Part shown: positions 39,330-48,111 of the stretch, piece by piece | Numbering within the stretch: position 1 is the stretch's first letter | Layout: every line of letters begins with the position of its first letter | Translations under genes and position numbers: made by a program | Virus record (IMG/VR): IMGVR_UViG_3300017758_000003 | Coordinates: 14,044-78,043 of that record | Length of the DNA stretch: 64,000 bases | Origin: a virus | Reading direction: 5' to 3' (one strand) | Notes under the pieces: generated by a model | Database searches by the model: none | Told to the model about the DNA's origin: nothing | The model's input: only the letters and a program-made list of their open reading frames with translations

Positions 39330-39557
39330 ATGAGAATAGTAGTAAGTGAAAAACAGTTAGGTATGCTAGCGTCATACCAGTCTGATCTTGACGAACAAGA
39401 ATCAGGTGATACAGGTGGTTCAGGAACTACGGCAGGATCTAAAGGACAGTGGGAAACAGGGGTATCAAGAGGTCCTGATAACCAAATTGGTCTTACTAAA
39501 TGGTCTGACATAGTTGGATCTAAAATAAGTAGAGGTAAAGCAAACCCACTATATTAA
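39330..39557 (+). CDS. leader-bearing small protein
   Basis: MRIVVSEKQL; W...SRGxxNxL/I occurs twice. Confidence 0.75.
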   Translation: MRIVVSEKQLGMLASYQSDLDEQESGDTGGSGTTAGSKGQWETGVSRGPDNQIGLTKWSDIVGSKISRGKANPLY

Positions 39558-39558
39558 G

Positions 39559-40812
39559 ATGGTAGTACAAAGAGACGGTTTAATATTAGAAAGACATAAT
39601 AGTATGATTAACTATAATGGTCATTCTTCAATTACCAAAGAAAAAAGAAATTATGTATTTGAAGCACATCTAACGGTAGACGAGAGATATTTCGTTTTAC
39701 ATGATGAAGTGTTCGATATTCAAGAACAGACGAAATTGGGTAACTTATGGGAGTCTGTAGATATATTTAAAACGATATTTTCAAATGTACAGGTGGATAA
39801 CCCCGAATATAAAGAAATTCAAGAAGGATGGGCAAACTTACCTGTATTAGAAAATAGTGATAATTTATATAAATTAAGAGACTTCCTATTAGAATGGGAC
39901 TTTTTTGATGATACATGGGTTGGTAGAAAAGTATCTGACGCAGGTACCGCAATAAAAGACACCGCAAGTGCTGCATGGGATAAAGTTAAGGAAATGGGTG
40001 TCGCCATAAGTAAGGGAGATTGGACAGAAATATTAAGTTTATTAGGAAAGGGTGTTTTATTTATATTAAGAAAATTAAAAGATGCCGCTTATAGTACTAT
40101 AGGTATTATTGTGGATGCGATACTAGTAGCTACAGGTATTGGTAAAACAGCACAGGTTGTTGTTTGGGGATTAATCACGGCATTGGATGTATACCAAATT
40201 GCAAATAACGATTGGCCCGACGGTGATGATCGTGAACCACTATGGAAATACTTGGACTTAGGTTTTGATATTTTAGGATTAACACTCGCAGGGGTTGCCG
40301 CTAAAGGTGCACGTGCAGTCTTTAAACCATTATCAGGATTAAGTTCAAAACAAATGGCGGTAAAGGTTGCAAAGAGTCCAAGAATGAAAAGTTTTATTCA
40401 AAAGATGTATAATGGTAGTAAGAAAACTGCAAGTAAATTAAAAAGTATACAATCGAGAATTGCGAAGAAGTGGCCATCAGGTGCTAAGTTCATCGGTAAG
40501 ATAATTGGGGGGTTAGCATCAATAGTAAAAAAATTACAATCTTATTTAGGTAGGATACTAAGTAAATCTAACTTAAAAGGAGTACAAAAGGGTGTAAAAC
40601 CAGGAAAAGGTTTCGTACCTACAGTAAAAACAGGTAAAGAGTTTGCCAAGAGGGCGGCTGTTGCTGGTGGTGTCGCAGGAGGAATCTCCTACGGTGCAGA
40701 AAAAATAATCGGGGCTAAGGGTAATCAAGAAGACCCACTTGACTATATTAATAATACAGGTAGGGGTCCTGCCTTTGGTGTGGAACTCGATCAGGACGCA
40801 ATCGATTTATAA
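39559..40812 (+). CDS. putative internal virion/ejection protein with hydrophobic hairpins
   Basis: Gly/Ala-rich hydrophobic helices and a Lys-rich C-terminal half; late operon. Confidence 0.6.
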   Translation: MVVQRDGLILERHNSMINYNGHSSITKEKRNYVFEAHLTVDERYFVLHDEVFDIQEQTKLGNLWESVDIFKTIFSNVQVDNPEYKEIQEGWANLPVLENSDNLYKLRDFLLEWDFFDDTWVGRKVSDAGTAIKDTASAAWDKVKEMGVAISKGDWTEILSLLGKGVLFILRKLKDAAYSTIGIIVDAILVATGIGKTAQVVVWGLITALDVYQIANNDWPDGDDREPLWKYLDLGFDILGLTLAGVAAKGARAVFKPLSGLSSKQMAVKVAKSPRMKSFIQKMYNGSKKTASKLKSIQSRIAKKWPSGAKFIGKIIGGLASIVKKLQSYLGRILSKSNLKGVQKGVKPGKGFVPTVKTGKEFAKRAAVAGGVAGGISYGAEKIIGAKGNQEDPLDYINNTGRGPAFGVELDQDAIDL

Positions 40813-40835
40813 CATATTTATATATAAAATTAAAA

Positions 40836-43043
40836 ATGAAATTATTAGACGTATTAACCGAAAGTAATAAAGAAGTTGAAGAACAACTACAAGGTATTCT
40901 TAGAGGTGCCGCGAAAAACATATCTAAAGTAAAGGGAGCTATAGATGATGTTGTAAAATTTGCACTTAATTCAGGTCAAGTTATTAAAAATGTAGATGGT
41001 GTTGCATTAGCAACATCTGATGACATTATAAAAGCGATGAAAGCGGGAACTTTAGGTTCTACGGGAGCATCTCAATTAGCATCTGGATTACTCAAATCAA
41101 ACAGGTTACCTAAAGACATACAAAGAACATTAGTTAATGAAATTGCTGCGGGGTCTAAATTTCAGAAAGTCGTTGGTAGTGTTAAATCTGAGAAAGCATT
41201 AAAAACAAGACTCAGTAAAAAAGGTTATACTGCAGAGACTATCGAACTTATGATTGGTAGGGCTAAAGACCAAAAGATTGGTCCTTTTGCAGTAGTAAGT
41301 AAGGTTAAACCTAAAGTAAAGACAACCACAACAAAGAAAGCCACAACGACTACCAAAGCAACCACTACCAAGGCAGCAACAACAGGTACGAGTACAGTAA
41401 GTAAAAAATTAGATGATATTCTTGCCGCCCTAACGGGTACCGCTAAGAAGTCGGGTCAGGGTCAAAGAATATTAAAGTCTGCAAATAGATGGAAAAATTC
41501 TAAACTTGGAAAAGGTTTAGTTGGTGTTGTTACGAGAGTTGGATCTTTTGCACTCATCAAGAATTTACTATGGTTATTACTAATTGCGGGTGTTGGAGGA
41601 TACATTATTTCAAAAATGTGGAAAAACTTTTGGTCTGAGGGAGATCCAATCCCATCTGATGACGATTTGATACCAGTAAACGATTGGCTTGAATGTATTG
41701 TAACACCTTTAGGTGATGACGCAAATGCAGAGATCATCGAACAAAATGGTGTAGCAGTAAAATATAAAATTGATAAGTTTGGTGGTAAAGAAACAGGTGG
41801 TCATGTAATTTTCACACCTGACTATAGAGTGAAGGCGGCGAACGGTATTGAAGGTACTTGGTCTTGTAACCAAACAGGTTTAGAGGAATCAATCAATGAA
41901 CAAGGATTAAGTGGAATTGGTGATTCAAACTCATCTAATTCAAACTCATCTAATTCAGATTCATCTAAAATTGAGATATCAGCGAAAGATATGAGTAGAG
42001 CCATAGACAGTATTGAAGACAACTTAAGTGGTGATTATTTAGAATCAGATTCTACAGACCTTAAAGACGCTTATAATATCGTAAAAGGTTTACAAAACAG
42101 ATCATATAAAGGTAGAGATGCCATACGTGTACTTATTAAGAATTACCCAAAAATTAAGGGTAAAGAATTAGGTACTCACATATTAGAACTTGAAAACTTA
42201 GATTTTGAAGCAACTGAAATAAGAGACGAACTTTTAAGTTTACTTGGATATTCAGTAGAAAAAAGTGGTGGTAACGATGATTCATCTAATAAGAAAGGTG
42301 ATTCTGATGGTGGTGATGGAAACCCTAAAACAGGTTTATCACATATTACAGTTGTATGGGATGGTAAAGATGGTGGAGGAAAAGGAAAAGGTATTAAGTA
42401 TGTACCATGTGATAGTTTCCCATTCAAGATCGGATGTATCAGTGATAAAATTAAAGACGTTCAAAAATGTGCTGGTGATTTAAAGGTGGATGGTTATTAT
42501 GGACCAAAGACTGATGCAAGACTTGCCAAAGTTATAATTGGTTATTCTAAAACAATTACAAAAAAGAGTTATGATAAAATAACAAAAGAATGTAAAGGTA
42601 AAAAGTCTGACGGTGTTACTAAATTGAAGGCAGTTGATCCTGTAAAAAAGAGAGAGAAACTTACTAAGATCACACCATTAGAAATACAACCTATTGTATT
42701 ACCAAAATTAGACATAGAAAAAATGATCAAGGTTCATGGACCTGAGAAGTTAGAGAATTACATTCAAAAAACTATTGACGGTAAACGAATAAAAGATATC
42801 ATTGATAATGAGGTAAAATTCAGAGGTGGAAGGTTCATATTGAAATTGAAAGAAGAACTTACTGAGAAACAGTTAAAGGCAATAAATTACTATTTTGCAT
42901 CAAAAGGTTTCAGTTTAGATAAAAAGAAAGAAACCCTTAAACAAGGAAAGTATGTTTGGAAGGCGGAGACATCAACCGCAAGAAGAATTGCAAGAAAGGA
43001 ATTATCAATTGAGAAACTAAAAGACAAGCAAAATGAAAATTAA
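40836..43043 (+). CDS. putative internal virion protein with TM helix and PG-binding motif
   Basis: LLWLLLIAGVGGYII TM; IKDVQKC..LKVDGYYGPKT. Confidence 0.65.
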   Translation: MKLLDVLTESNKEVEEQLQGILRGAAKNISKVKGAIDDVVKFALNSGQVIKNVDGVALATSDDIIKAMKAGTLGSTGASQLASGLLKSNRLPKDIQRTLVNEIAAGSKFQKVVGSVKSEKALKTRLSKKGYTAETIELMIGRAKDQKIGPFAVVSKVKPKVKTTTTKKATTTTKATTTKAATTGTSTVSKKLDDILAALTGTAKKSGQGQRILKSANRWKNSKLGKGLVGVVTRVGSFALIKNLLWLLLIAGVGGYIISKMWKNFWSEGDPIPSDDDLIPVNDWLECIVTPLGDDANAEIIEQNGVAVKYKIDKFGGKETGGHVIFTPDYRVKAANGIEGTWSCNQTGLEESINEQGLSGIGDSNSSNSNSSNSDSSKIEISAKDMSRAIDSIEDNLSGDYLESDSTDLKDAYNIVKGLQNRSYKGRDAIRVLIKNYPKIKGKELGTHILELENLDFEATEIRDELLSLLGYSVEKSGGNDDSSNKKGDSDGGDGNPKTGLSHITVVWDGKDGGGKGKGIKYVPCDSFPFKIGCISDKIKDVQKCAGDLKVDGYYGPKTDARLAKVIIGYSKTITKKSYDKITKECKGKKSDGVTKLKAVDPVKKREKLTKITPLEIQPIVLPKLDIEKMIKVHGPEKLENYIQKTIDGKRIKDIIDNEVKFRGGRFILKLKEELTEKQLKAINYYFASKGFSLDKKKETLKQGKYVWKAETSTARRIARKELSIEKLKDKQNEN

Positions 43044-43683
43044 TATAGATAACTTAGTTAAACAGACCTTAAATGAGAGGTACGAATTAAATAATAAATT
43101 CAAACTCATTTTAGAGAATGAAGAAACTAACGACGATGGTAAGTTTGATGATGTTGTGGATGCACTTGCCGATTTAGAAGGAATGGGTAAGAGTGATGAT
43201 GAAATCGAAGGTTCTTTAGATGAAGGTATTACTGATTTCTTATCTCAGTATATTTCACCAGGTGGTGACAACGCATCTGATTCCGAAGGTAATTCTTTAT
43301 CAAAGGGGGATCTGAAAAATAAAGTTAGTAGTGGTTTAATGTCACAAATACGTGAGTATATTATTAGAAAACTATTAGGTATGGTTGGATTCACTGGTGA
43401 TTTACGTGATGCTGTAGCAGCTGCACTTGCAGATTTAAATTTGGGTGATGTATTAATTGTGTTCAAAGGACAAGAAAGTTGTAAAAAACATGGAGATAAA
43501 TTAGCCGATGCATTTATGGAAGGATTATTTGTATATGTTTCGGGTGGTGCAGAAAAAAATTCAGCAGCAGCCAACTTCCTAAGACAGGTTGGTGGTGAGT
43601 ATTTGAAAGGTACTAACTTTGGGGAGATGTTGGCAGATTCTATCTGTGGTATGAACCTTAGAAGTAAGTTGAAAGTTAATTAA
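43033..43683 (+). CDS. putative virion protein
   Basis: MKINIDNLVKQTLNE start; followed by a terminator at 43717-43746. Confidence 0.7.
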   Translation: MKINIDNLVKQTLNERYELNNKFKLILENEETNDDGKFDDVVDALADLEGMGKSDDEIEGSLDEGITDFLSQYISPGGDNASDSEGNSLSKGDLKNKVSSGLMSQIREYIIRKLLGMVGFTGDLRDAVAAALADLNLGDVLIVFKGQESCKKHGDKLADAFMEGLFVYVSGGAEKNSAAANFLRQVGGEYLKGTNFGEMLADSICGMNLRSKLKVN

Positions 43684-43767
43684 CATTCACAAAAAAATCT
43701 GTTCAAAAAAATGTTAAATACCCTGTTGATTCGGGGTATTTTTTTTATCTAAAAGATATTTATAGTA

Positions 43768-43875
43768 AGAGATTGGGATTTTGGTCGATCCACAATTGAT
43801 AAACGAGAACAAAACAAAAGGAGGTGTAATCTAATATCTCGGCAAAGGGGTCATATGACCTCTTTGTTCGTTTTA
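43768..43875 (+). ncRNA. candidate late small RNA R1 carrying AAAGGAGGTGT
   Basis: TATTTAT at 43757-43763; 5' hairpin; terminator CAAAGGGGTCA-TA-TGACCTCTTTG whose G-U pair fits the plus strand. Confidence 0.55.
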
Positions 43876-43927
43876 CACTTCAGAGTTTAGCATAAAAAAA
43901 ATGAACCATTTTCACAGTTCATTTTAG

Positions 43928-44310
43928 TGGAGGTGGAGGGTTTCGAACCCTCGTCTTGCTAGTCCCAACTATAGAGGACTACACGTTTAGGATAGTATTT
44001 TCTAATACTCCAAAATTTGATGACCATTTTTTAACTATTGTGATCAACACCCAATAGACCATTCGATTTTGGGTTCAATGGTAATCCACCTTTTTAGGAG
44101 TTTCTGTTTCTAGGTATTTCACTCTCTAACCCATTGTAGTAATAACCTTAGGATACTGCTACTTTAGAATCAACAGATACTAGACCCATTAATTCCATTT
44201 GTGAATAAACGTCTCCGTTTAAAAATATTCTCCATAGATTTAAGTGATAGGAAACATCTCACTACGTGCCCTGTTATAATTGATTACTCCAATCAATTCC
44301 AGTCACCCCC
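43928..44310 (-). ncRNA. ssrA: tmRNA
   Basis: 5' GGGGGTG pairs with 3' CACCTCC-A (G3-U70 Ala identity); T-arm GAGGG-TTCGAAA-CCCTC; 383 nt; tag ORF at 44216-44148. Confidence 0.9.
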
Positions 44311-44312
44311 AA

Positions 44313-44492
44313 TTATTTTACCTCTTTTATAAGATCTTTTGTTGGTTTCTTAGGTGATTTTGGTTTAGAACCACCACCTGATGTCTTTTTTCTTGGTTTT
44401 CTGTTTGGTTTTGGTTTAGAAACCACTACAGGTTTCACCTCTTCCTTTTTGATACCAAAGAGTTTTTTAAAAAAGTCGATAATTTTTTTCAT
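44313..44492 (-). CDS. small Lys/Pro-rich protein (59 aa, not in track)
   Basis: MKKIIDFFKKLFGIKKEEVKP...DLIKEVK*; stops 2 nt before the tmRNA; TATTTAT upstream. Confidence 0.7.
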   Translation of the reverse strand: MKKIIDFFKKLFGIKKEEVKPVVVSKPKPNRKPRKKTSGGGSKPKSPKKPTKDLIKEVK

Positions 44493-44546
44493 AATTTTAG
44501 TTTGTTTTTAGATAAATATACTGTTATATGTGTTAATTGTAAATCT

Positions 44547-45272
44547 TTATTTTGTTGGTACATACTCGACTATTGAGGGAGACTCAGTGTTAATAGGGTT
44601 TTCACCTTGACAATTTAGTGGAAAATGTTTCTCATATAACGCCTCAAAAAATAGTTTGTTTTTTAACCATTTTTTATCAGTTTCACCAATAGACTTATGA
44701 TAGAGTTTAATTTTAGTTGTTACACCAATCTTTATACCTTCAATATAATTTAAAAGACATATTGGTAGATCATAAAAGTGAAACCCTTCAAATTGAGGGT
44801 CAAAGTTATGTTTAATTCTTTTTTTATGTACCATCATAAATAACCCGTCAATTACTACGACATCTTTGATTGTGTCCCCAAACGATTTAGAATAATTAGA
44901 CATGTATTTTTTTGGTCCATTGATATGACCCACCTGACCTTGCATTGATTCTCTATCTTTCCACCATTGTCCTGAAATAAGTTTATCTGTTCCCGCAATT
45001 CCTAAAATACCATATTCGGGATTTTTGTTAAACAACTTTAAGATTTTAGGTGTAATGTTTTTGGTTTCAAACTCTAAATCATCATGAATGAATACAACAA
45101 CATCGTTTGATGATTTTTCTAATCCTTCGTTATATATGTCTGATAAAGATCTTTCACCATTATTTTCATAAACCAAATATTCATTTTTTGGGTGTGAGAA
45201 AAACTTCTTTACATGACTTAAATAATCTTGATCTATTTTTCTTGTTGAGTAAACTACGGTAATTGTATTCAT
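44547..45272 (-). CDS. glycosyltransferase (GT2-like)
   Basis: YNEGLEKSSNDVVVFIHDD, VIDGLFM, FHFYD. Confidence 0.85.
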   Translation of the reverse strand: MNTITVVYSTRKIDQDYLSHVKKFFSHPKNEYLVYENNGERSLSDIYNEGLEKSSNDVVVFIHDDLEFETKNITPKILKLFNKNPEYGILGIAGTDKLISGQWWKDRESMQGQVGHINGPKKYMSNYSKSFGDTIKDVVVIDGLFMMVHKKRIKHNFDPQFEGFHFYDLPICLLNYIEGIKIGVTTKIKLYHKSIGETDKKWLKNKLFFEALYEKHFPLNCQGENPINTESPSIVEYVPTK

Positions 45273-45299
45273 GTAGTAATAATAAATAAAAAACTACAA

Positions 45300-45488
45300 T
45301 TAATCAACTTCTTTTTTCTCCTCGATAAGTTTATTAAGTTCTTCTTGTGTGAAAGTTACTGCAAGATTCATATCCCAATCCTTATCAGACTCTGAAAATC
45401 TTTTTTCTACTCTCTTTCTTAATATGGACAAAACTCCGAGGTCATGTGCTCGATGGTACAATTCTTCATAAAAATCACTATTTGTCAT
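45300..45488 (-). CDS. hypothetical protein
   Basis: 62-aa ORF with TATTTAT upstream. Confidence 0.65.
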   Translation of the reverse strand: MTNSDFYEELYHRAHDLGVLSILRKRVEKRFSESDKDWDMNLAVTFTQEELNKLIEEKKEVD

Positions 45489-45526
45489 TGAACTAGTTTT
45501 TAAGTGTTTTATAAATACATCAAAAA

Positions 45527-45898
45527 TTAAACTCTATCATAGTCATCCTCTACTCTTATAATATCATCTTCACCGAAGTAATCACCTGTTTGAACTTCTA
45601 TAAATTCAATAATCTCATCAGTTTCATTTATCGCTCTGTGTCTACCCCCTAAAGGTATTCTTATACTTTCACCGTAAGATCTAAATATCTTTTGGTCGTC
45701 TAATATTATCGATAGTTCACCTTTAATTACTGTCCATGATTCCCTTCTTCTTAAGTGGTATTGATATGAGAGTTTAGAATTGGGGTTTATTCTTATATGT
45801 TTTACTTTAACATTTTCGTTTTCAAATAATATTGTATAGTCACCCCACGGGCAATCAACTTTTGATTTGTCTACACCTTTCCACTTTATATCTATCAT
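45527..45898 (-). CDS. mannose-6-phosphate isomerase type II cupin domain
   Basis: PWG, LSYQYH..RESW, EVQTGDYFGEDDIIRVEDDY; start shortened to avoid overlapping the RNA genes. Confidence 0.9.
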   Translation of the reverse strand: MIDIKWKGVDKSKVDCPWGDYTILFENENVKVKHIRINPNSKLSYQYHLRRRESWTVIKGELSIILDDQKIFRSYGESIRIPLGGRHRAINETDEIIEFIEVQTGDYFGEDDIIRVEDDYDRV

Positions 45899-45918
45899 AT
45901 TCATAAATATACCTTGGG

Positions 45919-45995
45919 TTGGGAAGATGGGGATTGAACCCATATGTAACCAATTACTCTTTCTACTGCGTATAAGACAGAGGAGATACTTCCCA
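45919..45995 (-). ncRNA. D-armless tRNA-like RNA, anticodon UAU (Ile-like)
   Basis: Acceptor TGGGAAG/CTTCCCA-A; T-arm ATGGG-TTCAATC-CCCAT; anticodon arm CTGT-CTTATAC-GCAG. Confidence 0.65.
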
Positions 45996-46001
45996 ATATA
46001 G

Positions 46002-46080
<79 letters not shown>

Positions 46081-46166
46081 TACCGAAGGACGGACTCGAA
46101 CCGTCACGGACATTACTGTCCAAGGGATTTTAAGTCCCTCGTGTCTACCAATTCCACCACTTCGGC
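46081..46166 (-). tRNA. tRNA-Leu(UAA)
   Basis: Class II cloverleaf; anticodon loop CTTAAAA. Confidence 0.95.
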
Positions 46167-46278
46167 ATGGTGTAAATGTATGAACCAAATTATTTAGAAT
46201 CAACCCCCCACCCCATATAAACAAAAAAACCCCACATTTCTGTGGGGTTTACTATCATTCTTTAACGTTTATTTTTGA

Positions 46279-46602
46279 CTATTCAGTCAACAACTGTTTA
46301 GATGTTTTTACGGGTTCACACCCATCTTTATCGATCTTAGTTAACCTATTCTCGAACTTATCAAATCTACTGTCAATGTGACGATATAGATTATCAATTT
46401 GATTGTTGAGGTCTTTCACCTCACCATCCACCCTAAGGTGGATCTCTCTTTGATTATTGTCTAAATCTAATTGTGTTCCATTTATGACTTCCTCGAAATC
46501 ATTGGAACGTTGTTTAACCTTAAATATACCTACTATAGCATACCCTAAACCGAGCACACCAATTGATGTAAACATACCTAAAACGAATTCTAAATTTTCC
46601 AT
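46279..46602 (-). CDS. TM + coiled-coil protein
   Basis: N-terminal TM helix. Confidence 0.75.
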   Translation of the reverse strand: MENLEFVLGMFTSIGVLGLGYAIVGIFKVKQRSNDFEEVINGTQLDLDNNQREIHLRVDGEVKDLNNQIDNLYRHIDSRFDKFENRLTKIDKDGCEPVKTSKQLLTE

Positions 46603-46645
46603 AATTTATAATTTTAATTTAATTTATGTCAAAGAACGATAGTTG

Positions 46646-46717
46646 TACTCCGTAGGAGAATCGAACTCCTATTACCAGGATGAAAACCTGGCGTCCTAAC
46701 CGTTAGACGAACGGAGC
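46646..46717 (-). tRNA. tRNA-Glu(UUC)
   Basis: Canonical cloverleaf; anticodon loop TTTTCAT. Confidence 0.95.
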
Positions 46718-46826
46718 ATCTGTCTAAAATAAATAATAAGAAATATAATTTAGATAATCAATCCCATAGTTCCGACTATTTATATATTAGGGTGAATGAC
46801 CCATTAAAAAAGTAAAAATAAAAATT

Positions 46827-47069
46827 ATGGCATTTAAAGACTTATTTAAAGACGAAAACGACATTAATGAAAAATCTGTCGTTGGATTTGCATCATTTGC
46901 AATTATGACTTTGTTCGCACTTGCAGATTTACTTACAGGGTATTTTGGTACAGACCTTGTAATCAATGAGTTTATCTATAACTCATTCGTAGTTATTACA
47001 TTAGGTTCTTTTGGTATTGCTGAAGTTGGTAAAATCTTTGGTAAAAAAGGACAAGAAGGACAAGAATAA
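46827..47069 (+). CDS. putative holin (two TM helices)
   Basis: Two hydrophobic helices, directly upstream of the amidase. Confidence 0.6.
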   Translation: MAFKDLFKDENDINEKSVVGFASFAIMTLFALADLLTGYFGTDLVINEFIYNSFVVITLGSFGIAEVGKIFGKKGQEGQE

Positions 47070-47079
47070 AAAACAAAGA

Positions 47080-47961
47080 ATGATTTTAAAAATTGGATCA
47101 AGAGGAAAAGAAGTCAAAGAACTTCAAGAATTTCTTGAAATCGGAGCGGATGGTGTCTTCGGTTCAGGAACTGAATCTGCAGTTAAGAAATGGCAGTCCG
47201 AAAATGGTTTGGGGAGTGACGGTATTGTCGGTCCTGCCACTTGGGATGCTATGGGTATTGCTACTACTGATAATTCAGAAAAAATATATGAAACGGAAAA
47301 TGGATTGATTGTTAATAGACATCTTTTACCTGTGGGGGAATATAAACAAGGTCCCACAAATAAAGAATATGTTTTCATACACCACACAGCGGGGTGGCAT
47401 AATCCATATAATTGTATTGACCAATGGGCCAGAGATACTAGAGGTGCGGTAGCCACTGAATTTGTATTAGGTGGTCCGTCCGTAAAAGGTAACGACACTA
47501 AATATGATGGAGAAATGGTACAATGTATACCCGAGGGTGGATACGGTTGGCATTTAGGAAAAAATGGTTCACGACACATGCACACACACTCAGTTGGTAT
47601 CGAGGTTTGTAACTTCGGTTGGGTTAAGAATGGTAAAACATACGCAGGTACAAGAGTACACGAAAGTCAATTAGTTACACTTGACCAAGAGTTTAGAGGA
47701 CACAAAACATGGCATCGTTATTCTGATACACAAATAGAATCACTAAGAAAGTGGATTTTATGGGTTGGTGAGAGAGATTCAATAGATGTTCGTAAAGGTT
47801 TACCTGAATCAATTAAAAAAATTGGTGTCTCCGCATTTGAATTTAATGAAGATGCATACTACGGTAGAATCAAAGGGTTATGGACCCATACTAACACTCG
47901 TAAAGATAAGGTTGACATGTTCCCACAAAAAGAGTTGGTAGACATGTTAGTTAGTTTATAG
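47080..47961 (+). CDS. endolysin: PG-binding domain + N-acetylmuramoyl-L-alanine amidase
   Basis: LKIGSRGKEVKELQ..DGIVGPATW; FIHHTAG, SVGIEVC, HTN..KDKVD. Confidence 0.9.
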   Translation: MILKIGSRGKEVKELQEFLEIGADGVFGSGTESAVKKWQSENGLGSDGIVGPATWDAMGIATTDNSEKIYETENGLIVNRHLLPVGEYKQGPTNKEYVFIHHTAGWHNPYNCIDQWARDTRGAVATEFVLGGPSVKGNDTKYDGEMVQCIPEGGYGWHLGKNGSRHMHTHSVGIEVCNFGWVKNGKTYAGTRVHESQLVTLDQEFRGHKTWHRYSDTQIESLRKWILWVGERDSIDVRKGLPESIKKIGVSAFEFNEDAYYGRIKGLWTHTNTRKDKVDMFPQKELVDMLVSL

Positions 47962-47964
47962 GGC

Positions 47965-48068
47965 AAAAATAAACCCCAACAAGGATTGCTGGGGTTTTAG
48001 GTCTTCAACGGTTTCAACACCATTGATTAACGAGAAAAACGAGAAGGTTATCGGCAAAGAGAACCTCT
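47965..48068 (-). ncRNA. candidate late small RNA R2, complementary to R1
   Basis: TATTTATA on the minus strand (48073-48080); internal hairpin and terminator whose G-U pairs fit only the minus strand. Confidence 0.55.
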
Positions 48069-48111
48069 GATGTATAAATATATATAAAAATCAAAAAAGT
48101 TACGATATCTC

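Noticed and set aside
43780-43834. Short TTG-initiated peptide inside R1
   Set aside because: The start lies within a hairpin and the SD-like motif is at the 3' end of the frame; kept only as a possibility for Ribo-seq.
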